Below, in pieces: positions 26,601 through 34,422 of a stretch of 64,000 nucleotides of DNA. The translations under genes and the position numbers were made by a program. Origin of the DNA: an uncultured Candidatus Saccharibacteria bacterium (lineage in GTDB: Bacteria; Patescibacteriota; Minisyncoccia; Phycocordibacterales; Phycocordibacteraceae); the NCBI GenBank assembly GCA_964569655.1, contig CAZMTN010000002.1, positions 134,295 to 198,294 of the forward strand. The letters are read 5' to 3'. Position 1 is the first letter of the stretch; the number at the start of each line of letters is the position of its first letter. The notes below the pieces were generated by a model. The model saw only the letters and a list, made by a program, of their open reading frames with translations. It made no database searches and was not told the origin of the DNA.

Positions 26601-27020
26601 ATGGCTAAAGTAGTTAAAAAGATCAAGTTGCAGGTCCCTGCAGGCAAGGCCACCCCGGCTCCGCCTATCGGTACCGTGCTCGGCCCGGCCGGCGTTAACA
26701 TCGGCCAGTTCGTGACGCAGTTCAACGAGGCAACCCGCGACAAGATGGGGGACATCATCCCGGTGGAGCTTTCCGTGTACGAGGACCGCTCGTTCACCTT
26801 CATCATGAAGACTCCGCCGGCCCCAAGGCTCATCTTGAAGGCCCTCGGCCTCGAGAAGGGTTCCGGCAAGACCGGCACCCAGAAGGCGGGAACGCTCTCG
26901 AAGGATCAGGTCAGGAAGATCGCCGAGCAGAAGATGCCGGACCTCAATGCAGGTTCGATCGAAGCCGCAGACCGCCTCATCACGGGCACCGCGCGCTCGA
27001 TGGGCATCGACGTGAAGTAA
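26601..27020 (+). CDS. rplK: 50S ribosomal protein L11
   Basis: 139 aa; [34 protein letters not shown] signature. Confidence 0.9.
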   Translation: MAKVVKKIKLQVPAGKATPAPPIGTVLGPAGVNIGQFVTQFNEATRDKMGDIIPVELSVYEDRSFTFIMKTPPAPRLILKALGLEKGSGKTGTQKAGTLSKDQVRKIAEQKMPDLNAGSIEAADRLITGTARSMGIDVK

Positions 27021-27041
27021 AAAGTGTCAGGGCTTGGGAAA

Positions 27042-27070
27042 ATCCCCGCGGGAGCGGGGTTTTTCTTTTA
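27042..27070. terminator. bidirectional rho-independent terminator after rplK (also behind the minus-strand folA)
   Basis: ccccgcggg-agc-ggggttttt; no rplA follows. Confidence 0.65.
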
Positions 27071-27556
27071 TCTCTCCAAATCAGTCCAGGAGTATCGCAC
27101 GCCGTCCGCAGAGACGTGCTTCTCCTCGGAGATCACTTTGGTGAATACGGATTCATACTCAGGAAAGAAGGAATCCCCAGGCTTCTCCTCGCTGATGAGG
27201 GTGAGATAGAGGCGATCGGTGAAGGGGAGGGCGGCCGTGTATATCTCGCCGCCGCCGATGACGAAAATATCCTCGTCCGCTTCCTTCGCTTTCGCGAGGG
27301 CATCCTCGATCGTCGAGACGACGACGGCTCCGGGCGCCTCGTAATTGCTCGTGCGCGTGACGACGATGTTCATGCGATTCGGGAGCGGGCGGAACCGCTC
27401 GGGGAGCGATTCCCAGGTCTTGCGTCCCATGATGACCGGGTGCCCGTCCGTGAGCTCTTTGAAGCGCTTCAGGTCTTCCGGGATCCTCCAGAGGAGGTCC
27501 CCGTCCTTGCCGAGGGCGCGGTTCACGGCTCCGATAGCGGCGATGATGCTGATCAT
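27068..27556 (-). CDS. folA: dihydrofolate reductase
   Basis: start at MISIIAAIGAVNRALG; DHFR motifs (LPW-like LLWRIP, GRKTWESLP, VIGGGEIY); 162 aa. Confidence 0.85.
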   Translation of the reverse strand: MISIIAAIGAVNRALGKDGDLLWRIPEDLKRFKELTDGHPVIMGRKTWESLPERFRPLPNRMNIVVTRTSNYEAPGAVVVSTIEDALAKAKEADEDIFVIGGGEIYTAALPFTDRLYLTLISEEKPGDSFFPEYESVFTKVISEEKHVSADGVRYSWTDLER

Positions 27557-27569
27557 GAGCTTGAGTGTA

Positions 27570-28019
27570 TCAAATGTCGCGGGCGTCGGTCTGGATGAAC
27601 GCGTGCGTGTGCTTGTAGTAGTCGACGACGCACACGAAATCAACCGGCTCGTCCCAGTCCTTCCGCTCGAGGAGGTCGTCCTTCAGTTCATGCTCGAAGC
27701 AGAAGCCGATGCGGATCCACTCCTTGGGCACGGCGGAGAGGAAACGGTCGTACCAGCCGGCGCCGTGGCCGTGGCGGGTACCGGTGCGGTCAAACGCCCG
27801 GCCGGGGAGGAACACGCAAGCGCGCTCGCCGTTCGCGACGGCAATCGCTTTCTGCGCTTCTTCGAACGGGTCCAGGCTCCTTCGAGGGACGATACGGTAC
27901 ACCTTCTTCCCGGGCGGTATGGTGACTAATTCTTGGAAAGGCACTTCGATCTTAAGCGGCGTGTACGTGATCCACACCGTGCACGCGTCTATCTCCGTTA
28001 CTTTGCCTTCTTGTGCCAC
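27570..28019 (-). CDS. 5-formyltetrahydrofolate cyclo-ligase family protein (appears N-terminally short)
   Basis: 149 aa; C-terminal PGRAFDRTGTRHGHGAGWYDRFL motif of 5-FCL; overlaps the dcd 3' end by 22 nt. Confidence 0.6.
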   Translation of the reverse strand: MAQEGKVTEIDACTVWITYTPLKIEVPFQELVTIPPGKKVYRIVPRRSLDPFEEAQKAIAVANGERACVFLPGRAFDRTGTRHGHGAGWYDRFLSAVPKEWIRIGFCFEHELKDDLLERKDWDEPVDFVCVVDYYKHTHAFIQTDARDI

Positions 28020-28702
28020 GGCTGTTTCTTCTTCGTGTCCTTATCGCTCCAGAGGCGGGGGAGCATGCTCTCCGGCTTCCAGTCCTTCTCGAGCTGCTTC
28101 ACGTTCGTGGAGGAGGCGTACTTGCCGCTCGCGGCGTAGTCCTTGCCTTCGATGGGGCCGGTCTCGAAGAAGATGATCTGCGCGATGCGGCGCCCGACGA
28201 CCAGCGGGATGATGTAGTTCTTCGAGTTGTTGGTGATCTCCATGGTCCAGCGGTTGATGTACCCCACGTCGCCCCAGCCGGCGCATTTGCAGACCTCGAT
28301 GAACGAGCGCCCGAGGGAAGAGCGCGCCTTCATCATGGTGGTGATGTGGTCCTTGCCGCCGATGAACTCCTGCGTGTGCGCGAGGATAGTCTCTCCGGGG
28401 CGCAGCACGATGACCTTGTCGTCCGGGCGGATGCCGCCGGTCCAGTCGAAGTTGTATTTCTTGAACGCCTCCTTGGCCGTCACCGCGCGCTCTACCTTAT
28501 CCGCGCCCCACACGTGCTCGATGTGGTCCTTGTCCCAGATGTTGTAGAGAGAATGGTTGTATTTCGGCGGCTGTTCGCGGAAGAACCATTCGCCGAGCGT
28601 TACGTCATAGGAAGACGTCGCGAGGTTGCCGCGGTCGAACGGCGAGATGACGATATCGCCTTTCTGCATCTCTTCCTGGATCCTCTTGTCTGAAAGCGCC
28701 AT
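27998..28702 (-). CDS. dcd: dCTP deaminase (dUTPase superfamily) with C-terminal Lys-rich extension
   Basis: 234 aa; N-terminal MALSDKRIQEEM...ISPF and dUTPase-fold motifs. Confidence 0.7.
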   Translation of the reverse strand: MALSDKRIQEEMQKGDIVISPFDRGNLATSSYDVTLGEWFFREQPPKYNHSLYNIWDKDHIEHVWGADKVERAVTAKEAFKKYNFDWTGGIRPDDKVIVLRPGETILAHTQEFIGGKDHITTMMKARSSLGRSFIEVCKCAGWGDVGYINRWTMEITNNSKNYIIPLVVGRRIAQIIFFETGPIEGKDYAASGKYASSTNVKQLEKDWKPESMLPRLWSDKDTKKKQPWHKKAK

Positions 28703-28713
28703 AGGTCTGGGGA

Positions 28714-29544
28714 TTATACGGCCATCGGGGCTTTTATGGGAGGGTGGGACTCGTATCCCTCGAGGCGGATGTCGTCCATGGTGAACTTAGATATATCCTT
28801 CACCTCCGGGTTGAGCCAGAGTTTGGGGAGCGGGAGCGGCTCGCGGGAGAGCTGCTCCGTTACGGCATCGAAATGATTCTTATAGATGTGGGTATCCCCG
28901 AGCGTATGGATGAACTCGCCGGCCTTGAGGCCCGTCACCTGCGCCACCATATGGAGAAGGAGAGAATAGGAGGCGATGTTGAACGGGACGCCAAGGAAGA
29001 GGTCCGCGCTCCTTTGATACATCTGGAGCGAGAGCTTCCCGTCCGCGACGAAGAACTGGAAGAAGATGTGGCAGGGCGGCAAGGCCATCTGATCGAGCTC
29101 CCCGGGATTCCAGGCCATCACGATGAGGCGGCGGCTCGAGGGATCCTTCTTAATCATCTCCACTACGTCGGAGATCTGGTCGAGGGTGGTGCCGTCCGGG
29201 CGCATCCAGCTGCGCCACTGCACGCCGTAGATGCGGCCGAGGTCTCCCGGGTACTTCGCCTTCGGGTTCCAGTAGTCGGCGGTGCCGTTCGCGGTCCAGA
29301 TGGTCTTCTCGGACTCATTGAGCTCCTTCAGGCGGTTGTCGTCGCTCGAGCCTTCGAGGAACCAGAGGAGTTCGCTTTTGACCGCCTTGAAGGCGAGCTT
29401 CTTGGTGGTTACGGCCGGGAAGCCGTCCTCCATATTGAAGCGCATCTGGGCGCCGAAGAGCGCCCGGGTGCCTGTTCCTGTGCGATCAGAACGATCTGTG
29501 CCCTCATCCATCACTTTGCGCATGAGGTCGAGGTAGGTCTTCAT
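28714..29544 (-). CDS. thyA: thymidylate synthase (ThyA)
   Basis: start at [16 protein letters not shown]...DRTGTGT (the ORF extends to 30213 in frame); catalytic Cys region PPCH; 276 aa. Confidence 0.9.
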   Translation of the reverse strand: MKTYLDLMRKVMDEGTDRSDRTGTGTRALFGAQMRFNMEDGFPAVTTKKLAFKAVKSELLWFLEGSSDDNRLKELNESEKTIWTANGTADYWNPKAKYPGDLGRIYGVQWRSWMRPDGTTLDQISDVVEMIKKDPSSRRLIVMAWNPGELDQMALPPCHIFFQFFVADGKLSLQMYQRSADLFLGVPFNIASYSLLLHMVAQVTGLKAGEFIHTLGDTHIYKNHFDAVTEQLSREPLPLPKLWLNPEVKDISKFTMDDIRLEGYESHPPIKAPMAV

Positions 29545-29562
29545 TACGGGTATACTACCATC
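29545..29562. promoter_or_regulatory. 18-bp divergent intergenic core between the thyA and tmk start codons, containing a palindromic GTATAC with overlapping -10-like hexamers (TATACT on plus, TAGTAT on minus)
   Basis: tacgggtatactaccatc; each -10-like hexamer ends 7-8 nt before the respective ATG, implying leaderless mRNAs. Confidence 0.45.
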
Positions 29563-30255
29563 ATGCAAAAAGGCGTCTTCGTAGTCCTCGACGGGCTTGA
29601 CGGGTCCGGCAAAGCGACGCAGACCAGGCTCCTCAAGGAGCGGTTCGAGAAGGACGGCACCCCGTACGAGACCATCGATTTCCCCTCGTATGACCGCACC
29701 GTCTTCGGGAAGCTGCTCGGCGAGGCGCTCGCCGGGAAGCGCGGTGACTTCCTCCATGTGGATCCGCGCATCGGCTCGACGCTCTATGCCCTCGACCGCA
29801 TGGAGATGTCTTCCACCATCTGCGGCTGGCTGAGTGAAGGGAAGGCGGTGATCGCGGACCGCTTTACGAGCTCTAACCAGATCCATCAGGGCGGGAAGAT
29901 CGAGGACATCAAGGACCGCGACGAGTTCCTCAACTGGCTCGACACCATGGAGCACGAAGTATTGAAGGTGCCGCGTCCGGATGCGGTCATCTATCTGAGG
30001 GTCCCGATCGAGACGAGCGCGCAGCTCCTGCGCGAGAAGCGCGCGGCGAAGAACCGCATCCTGAAAGACGGCGAGCAGGACACGGTGGAGCGCGACACGG
30101 AGTACGTGGCCCGGAGCTACGAGTCCGCCCAGTATCTCGCGGAGACCCGTCCGAACTGGCATGTCGTCGATTGCATGCAGGGCGCTGAGATCCGTACGCC
30201 CGCCTCTATACATGAGGATGTCTACAATATCGTGCGCGGTATACTCCTGTCATGA
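29563..30255 (+). CDS. tmk: thymidylate kinase
   Basis: start at [20 protein letters not shown] (P-loop); the ORF extends upstream to 28744 only as read-through frame; 230 aa. Confidence 0.88.
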   Translation: MQKGVFVVLDGLDGSGKATQTRLLKERFEKDGTPYETIDFPSYDRTVFGKLLGEALAGKRGDFLHVDPRIGSTLYALDRMEMSSTICGWLSEGKAVIADRFTSSNQIHQGGKIEDIKDRDEFLNWLDTMEHEVLKVPRPDAVIYLRVPIETSAQLLREKRAAKNRILKDGEQDTVERDTEYVARSYESAQYLAETRPNWHVVDCMQGAEIRTPASIHEDVYNIVRGILLS

Positions 30256-31514
30256 GTTACGGCCATATCGAGAAGCAGGACGCCGAGGTCTTCGGCGCCA
30301 TCACGGGCGAAGAGCAGCGCGAGCGCGAAGGCCTCGAGCTCATCCCGTCCGAGAACTACGTATCGCTCGCGGTCCGCGAGGCGATGTCTTCGGTGCTCAC
30401 GAACAAGTACGCGGAAGGGTACCCTGGGAAGCGCTACTACGGCGGGCAGGAGTTCACGGACGAGGTGGAGACCCTCGCGATCGAGCGCGCGAAGCAGCTC
30501 TTCGGCGCGAAGTACGCGAACGTGCAGCCGCATGCGGGCGCGCCGGCGAACGTTGCGATGTACTTCGCGCTCCTTGAGCCCGGGGACACGGTGCTCGGGA
30601 TGGACCTTTCCCACGGCGGCCACCTCACGCACGGCCACCCGGTGACCTACCTCACCAAGATCTTCAACTTCGTCCGCTACAAGATGAAGGACCCGGAGAC
30701 CGGGGAGATCGATTACGACGAGATGCGCGAAGTGGCGCTCCGCGAGAAGCCCAAGATTCTGCTTGCCGGCTATTCCGCGTATCCGCGCGAGCTCGACTAC
30801 GCGAAGTTCGTGGCTATCGCGCGCGAAGTTGGCGCGTACGCGGTGATGGACATCGCGCACATCGCAGGCCTCATCGCGGGGAAGGCAGTGAAGAACCCGT
30901 TCGACTACGGCTTCGACGTCATGACCACCACCACGCACAAGACGTTGCGCGGCCCCCGCGGCGGCATGATCCTCACGCGCGAGAGCGAGGAGATCGCGAA
31001 GAAGGTAGATAAGTCCGTGTTCCCGGGATTCCAGGGCGGTCCGCTCATGCACATGATCGCGGCGAAGGCGGTCTGCTTCAAGGAGGCGCTTGACCCGTCG
31101 TTCCAAGACTATGCGAAGCAAGTCATTAAGAACGCTCAGGCGATGGCCGAGGTTTTCAAGCGGGGAGGCGTGCGCCTCATCACGGGCGGCACGGACAATC
31201 ATTTGATACTCGCCGACGTGTTCGGCTCGCTCGGCATCCCGGGAGGGGAAGCGGAGAAGCTCCTCGATCGCGCCGGCATCACGCTCAACAAGAACGCGAT
31301 CGCGGACGATACCCGGAAGCCCATGGACCCGTCCGGCATCCGCTTCGGTACGCCGGCCATCACCACTAGAGGCTTCAAGGAAGCGGAGTGCATCCGCGTC
31401 GCGGAGCTCATGCTCGAGATTCTGAAGCAGAAGGACGACGCCACCATCGAGAAGGCGAAAGCGGAGATCATGCAGCTCGCGAAAGCGCATCCGGTGCCGG
31501 AAGCGTTCATCTAG
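30252..31514 (+). CDS. glyA: serine hydroxymethyltransferase
   Basis: 420 aa; PLP-binding motif TTTTHKTLRGPRGG; ATGA overlap with the tmk stop. Confidence 0.92.
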   Translation: MSYGHIEKQDAEVFGAITGEEQREREGLELIPSENYVSLAVREAMSSVLTNKYAEGYPGKRYYGGQEFTDEVETLAIERAKQLFGAKYANVQPHAGAPANVAMYFALLEPGDTVLGMDLSHGGHLTHGHPVTYLTKIFNFVRYKMKDPETGEIDYDEMREVALREKPKILLAGYSAYPRELDYAKFVAIAREVGAYAVMDIAHIAGLIAGKAVKNPFDYGFDVMTTTTHKTLRGPRGGMILTRESEEIAKKVDKSVFPGFQGGPLMHMIAAKAVCFKEALDPSFQDYAKQVIKNAQAMAEVFKRGGVRLITGGTDNHLILADVFGSLGIPGGEAEKLLDRAGITLNKNAIADDTRKPMDPSGIRFGTPAITTRGFKEAECIRVAELMLEILKQKDDATIEKAKAEIMQLAKAHPVPEAFI

Positions 31515-31609
31515 CGTTCACTTACTGGGCGTATCGTGTGTAATCGGGATGACCCGAAGCCGTCTTCTCTTACGGATCGCTTAGCAGCTAAACCATATCT
31601 TCTACACTT

Positions 31610-32125
31610 ATGACATTCGCTAGAACTATCGTTGCTGGCGCAGCGGGCGTGGCGCTCTTCACTGCGCCGCTCTTCGCTCTCGCGCAGGACGACGACAACA
31701 AGAAGAGCAAGATGACGAAAGCCTTCGACGAGACCGCGGTATCCATCAGCATCTCGGACAACGGCTCCGTGCTCGTGCGCGGTGCGGAGGTGACCGACGT
31801 CTCGGGAGACCGCATCACGGCGGTGACCGAGGTGGGCTCGCTCGACCTCGTGTGGCGCATCGACACGAACGGCGACACCGACTTCGTCGACGAGGACGGC
31901 GCGGGCATCGAATCGGATGACGTGAGCGATGGCGACTACGTGAGCTTCAGCGGTTCGCTCGACACGGACGGCGAGGTGTTCACGGTGGACGCGGACACCG
32001 TCCGCGACTGGTCGGTCGACTCGGACGATGACGATGACCGCCCGATCTTCCGCTTCTGGACGGACTTCAAGACCAAGTTCCCGGGGTGGAGCTTCTGGGG
32101 GCACGCTAAGGGAGATAATCGCTAA
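31610..32125 (+). CDS. hypothetical secreted Asp-rich protein (171 aa)
   Basis: signal peptide MTFARTIVAGAAGVALFTAPLFALA; acidic repeats. Confidence 0.5.
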   Translation: MTFARTIVAGAAGVALFTAPLFALAQDDDNKKSKMTKAFDETAVSISISDNGSVLVRGAEVTDVSGDRITAVTEVGSLDLVWRIDTNGDTDFVDEDGAGIESDDVSDGDYVSFSGSLDTDGEVFTVDADTVRDWSVDSDDDDDRPIFRFWTDFKTKFPGWSFWGHAKGDNR

Positions 32126-32143
32126 GCAGCAAATCTCCATCCA

Positions 32144-32173
32144 GAAACCCGCGCTTCCGGCGCGGGTTTCTGC
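32144..32173 (+). terminator. rho-independent terminator immediately followed by a TACACT -10-like element before argS
   Basis: gaaacccgcgc-ttcc-ggcgcgggtttc followed by tgctacact, 8 nt before the argS ATG. Confidence 0.55.
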
Positions 32174-32185
32174 TACACTCGCCGT

Positions 32186-33853
32186 ATGGAAGAGAGGATA
32201 CGCGCCATCGTAGACGCCGCGCTCGGCACGAGCGTCCCGTTTTCCGTGGAGCGTCCCGGGGATCCGTCCCACGGCGACTACGCAGTGAACGCCGCCATGG
32301 TCGCGGCGAAGGAGCTCAAGAAGAATCCGCGCGAGCTCGCGGAGGTATTGGTAGAGGCGCTGAAGACAGGACTCGGCGATCTCGCTTCAAGCGTTGAAGC
32401 GGCAGGCCCGGGCTTCGTGAACATCACGCTCTCCAAGGGAGCGGTGGATGCAGTGTTGAGTACTGCCGCGGGAAGCGCGTGGGGAACGAACGCTTCGAGC
32501 GCCGGCAAGAAAGTGATGATCGAGTACGGCAATCCGAACCAGTTCAAGGAGATGCATATCGGGCACCTCATGAGCGCAATCATCGGCGAAGCGGCATCAA
32601 GGCTCATCGCGGCCTCAGGTGCCTCGGTACTGCGCGATACGTTCGGCGGAGATATCGGGCCGCATGTCGCGAAGGCGCTCTGGGCGCTCCGTAGGGACGG
32701 GGTCACCGATGTCGCTTCCGCCGCTGAGATCGGCAAGGCGTACGTCCACGGCGAGCGCGCGTACGCGGAATCGGAAGAAGCGAAGGCCGAGATCGACGCC
32801 TTCAATACACATCTCTACGATGTCGTCGCGAAGCAGGACGACCCGTCCTCGCTGTCTGAAGAGGACCGCACCTTGCTCGCGCTCTGGAGGAAGGGCAGGG
32901 AAGTATGCGTCGAAGAGTTCGCGCGCGTCTTCGAGATACTCGAAACCAAGCACGACTATGCCTTCTACGACAGCGATACCACGAAGGGAGGTCTCGAAGT
33001 AGTGCATGACGCGCTTTCGAAGGGCATCTTCACGAAGAGCGACGGCGCCATCATCTACGAAGGCGAGAAGAAGGGGCTCCATACGCTCGTGTTCGTCACG
33101 AGCCGCGGCACGCCGACCTACGAGACCAAGGACATCGGACTTGCGTTCCTCAAGGAGGAGCGCGTCCAGACCGACGAGATCGTCATTGTGACGTCAGTGG
33201 AGCAGATCGGGCACTTCAAGGTGTTCCTCGCTGCGCTCGAAGACATCGCTCCGCTCATCGCGAAGAAGACGAAGCACGTCGCGCACGGGCTCCTGCGCCT
33301 CACGACCGGCAAGATGTCCTCGCGCAAGGGGAACATCCTGAAGGCGATGGACATCATCCAGGAGCTCATCGAGAATGCGTCCGAAAAGAACCCGGACCCG
33401 CTCATCGCGCAGCAGGTCGCACTCGGCGCACTCAAATACATGATCCTCCGCCAGTCTCCTGGCGCGGACATCATCTTCGATCCGGAGAAGTCGCTCTCGC
33501 TCGAAGGAGATTCAGGACCGTACCTCCAGTACGCACTCGTCCGCGCGATGTCCGTGCTTTCGCAGGCGGAAGGGAAGGGAGATTTTAGTAATGGACCCGA
33601 GACGCCGTATCTCATCGAGCGCCTCCTCATCCACTTCCCGAAGGTGGTCGCACGTGCGGCAGACGATCTTGCGCCGCAGCTTCTCACCTCGTACCTCACC
33701 GAGCTCGCCGGTGAATGGAATTCCTTCTATGCCGCGGAGCGCGTCATCGGGGGAGAGCACGAAGCGTACAAGCTCGCGGTCGCTAAGGCCTTCGTGGAGA
33801 CCATGAGGAACGGCCTTTCTATACTTGCTATCCCGACGCCGGAGAGGATGTAA
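32186..33853 (+). CDS. argS: arginyl-tRNA synthetase
   Basis: 555 aa; class I HIGH-like region (NPNQFKEMHIGHL); KMSK-equivalent MSSRKG; C-terminal DALR anticodon-binding domain. Confidence 0.88.
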   Translation: MEERIRAIVDAALGTSVPFSVERPGDPSHGDYAVNAAMVAAKELKKNPRELAEVLVEALKTGLGDLASSVEAAGPGFVNITLSKGAVDAVLSTAAGSAWGTNASSAGKKVMIEYGNPNQFKEMHIGHLMSAIIGEAASRLIAASGASVLRDTFGGDIGPHVAKALWALRRDGVTDVASAAEIGKAYVHGERAYAESEEAKAEIDAFNTHLYDVVAKQDDPSSLSEEDRTLLALWRKGREVCVEEFARVFEILETKHDYAFYDSDTTKGGLEVVHDALSKGIFTKSDGAIIYEGEKKGLHTLVFVTSRGTPTYETKDIGLAFLKEERVQTDEIVIVTSVEQIGHFKVFLAALEDIAPLIAKKTKHVAHGLLRLTTGKMSSRKGNILKAMDIIQELIENASEKNPDPLIAQQVALGALKYMILRQSPGADIIFDPEKSLSLEGDSGPYLQYALVRAMSVLSQAEGKGDFSNGPETPYLIERLLIHFPKVVARAADDLAPQLLTSYLTELAGEWNSFYAAERVIGGEHEAYKLAVAKAFVETMRNGLSILAIPTPERM

Positions 33854-33980
33854 TTTCCGTAAAAGGTGGTATAACGGTCTCCAGCCAGCACCTTTCGGCG
33901 GGCGTAATCAGCAAACAGCAGGAGAGACTCGATTGGGGAAAAAGGGAAAAGAGAGTCAATGGGGCCGTCTGTGGCGCGTC

Positions 33981-34325
33981 ATGAATATGAAGCGCGACTT
34001 TTTCGCGGACTTCGAGTTCAAGCTCGCGTCTGAATTCGTCGCAGCGGCTGCCGCTTTCTACGGCGAAGAGGACGCTGCCGCGAAGCTGCAGGCGACGATG
34101 GACGCCGAGGCGGTCTATGACCGCAAGAAGGACGGTAAGAAAGCCATGTACCAGTACAAGATGCCCGAGTATGTGGCGATGTACGTTACCGAGGTGGAGC
34201 GCATGATCCACACGCTGCAGCGCGAAGCCGCTGAGCGCGCCCGGCGCCCTAGCCGCAGGGACCGCGGGCCCCGGTCGCACATCCGTGCGCCGATCCAGCA
34301 TCAGCGCCATCGCCGGCACGCCTGA
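33981..34325 (+). CDS. hypothetical protein (114 aa, basic C-terminus)
   Basis: ORF from MNMKRDFF; no motif. Confidence 0.4.
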   Translation: MNMKRDFFADFEFKLASEFVAAAAAFYGEEDAAAKLQATMDAEAVYDRKKDGKKAMYQYKMPEYVAMYVTEVERMIHTLQREAAERARRPSRRDRGPRSHIRAPIQHQRHRRHA

Positions 34326-34335
34326 AGCCGAAACG

Positions 34336-34396
34336 CACCATATCCTGGAGAAGAGCTCGCGCTCAGCTCCAGGATATGGAGGCGTTTTCTTTTTAC
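34336..34396 (+). terminator. long hairpin terminator upstream of ileS
   Basis: accatatcctggag...ctccaggatatgg 13-bp stem followed by TTTTCTTTTT. Confidence 0.6.
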
Positions 34397-34422
34397 CCCG
34401 TAAACGCTAGGATGAGTGCACT

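Noticed and set aside
27021-27075. Possibility that rplA follows rplK but was missed
   Set aside because: The stop codon of rplK is followed within 25 nt by a strong terminator, and the next 500 nt are occupied by a well-supported convergent folA. No L1-like ORF exists in any frame.
34326-34422. Possible T-box riboswitch leader before ileS (as in Firmicutes)
   Set aside because: Only about 100 nt is available, there is no T-box (AGGGUGGNACCGCG-like) sequence, and the hairpin is better explained as the terminator of the upstream 33981 gene.
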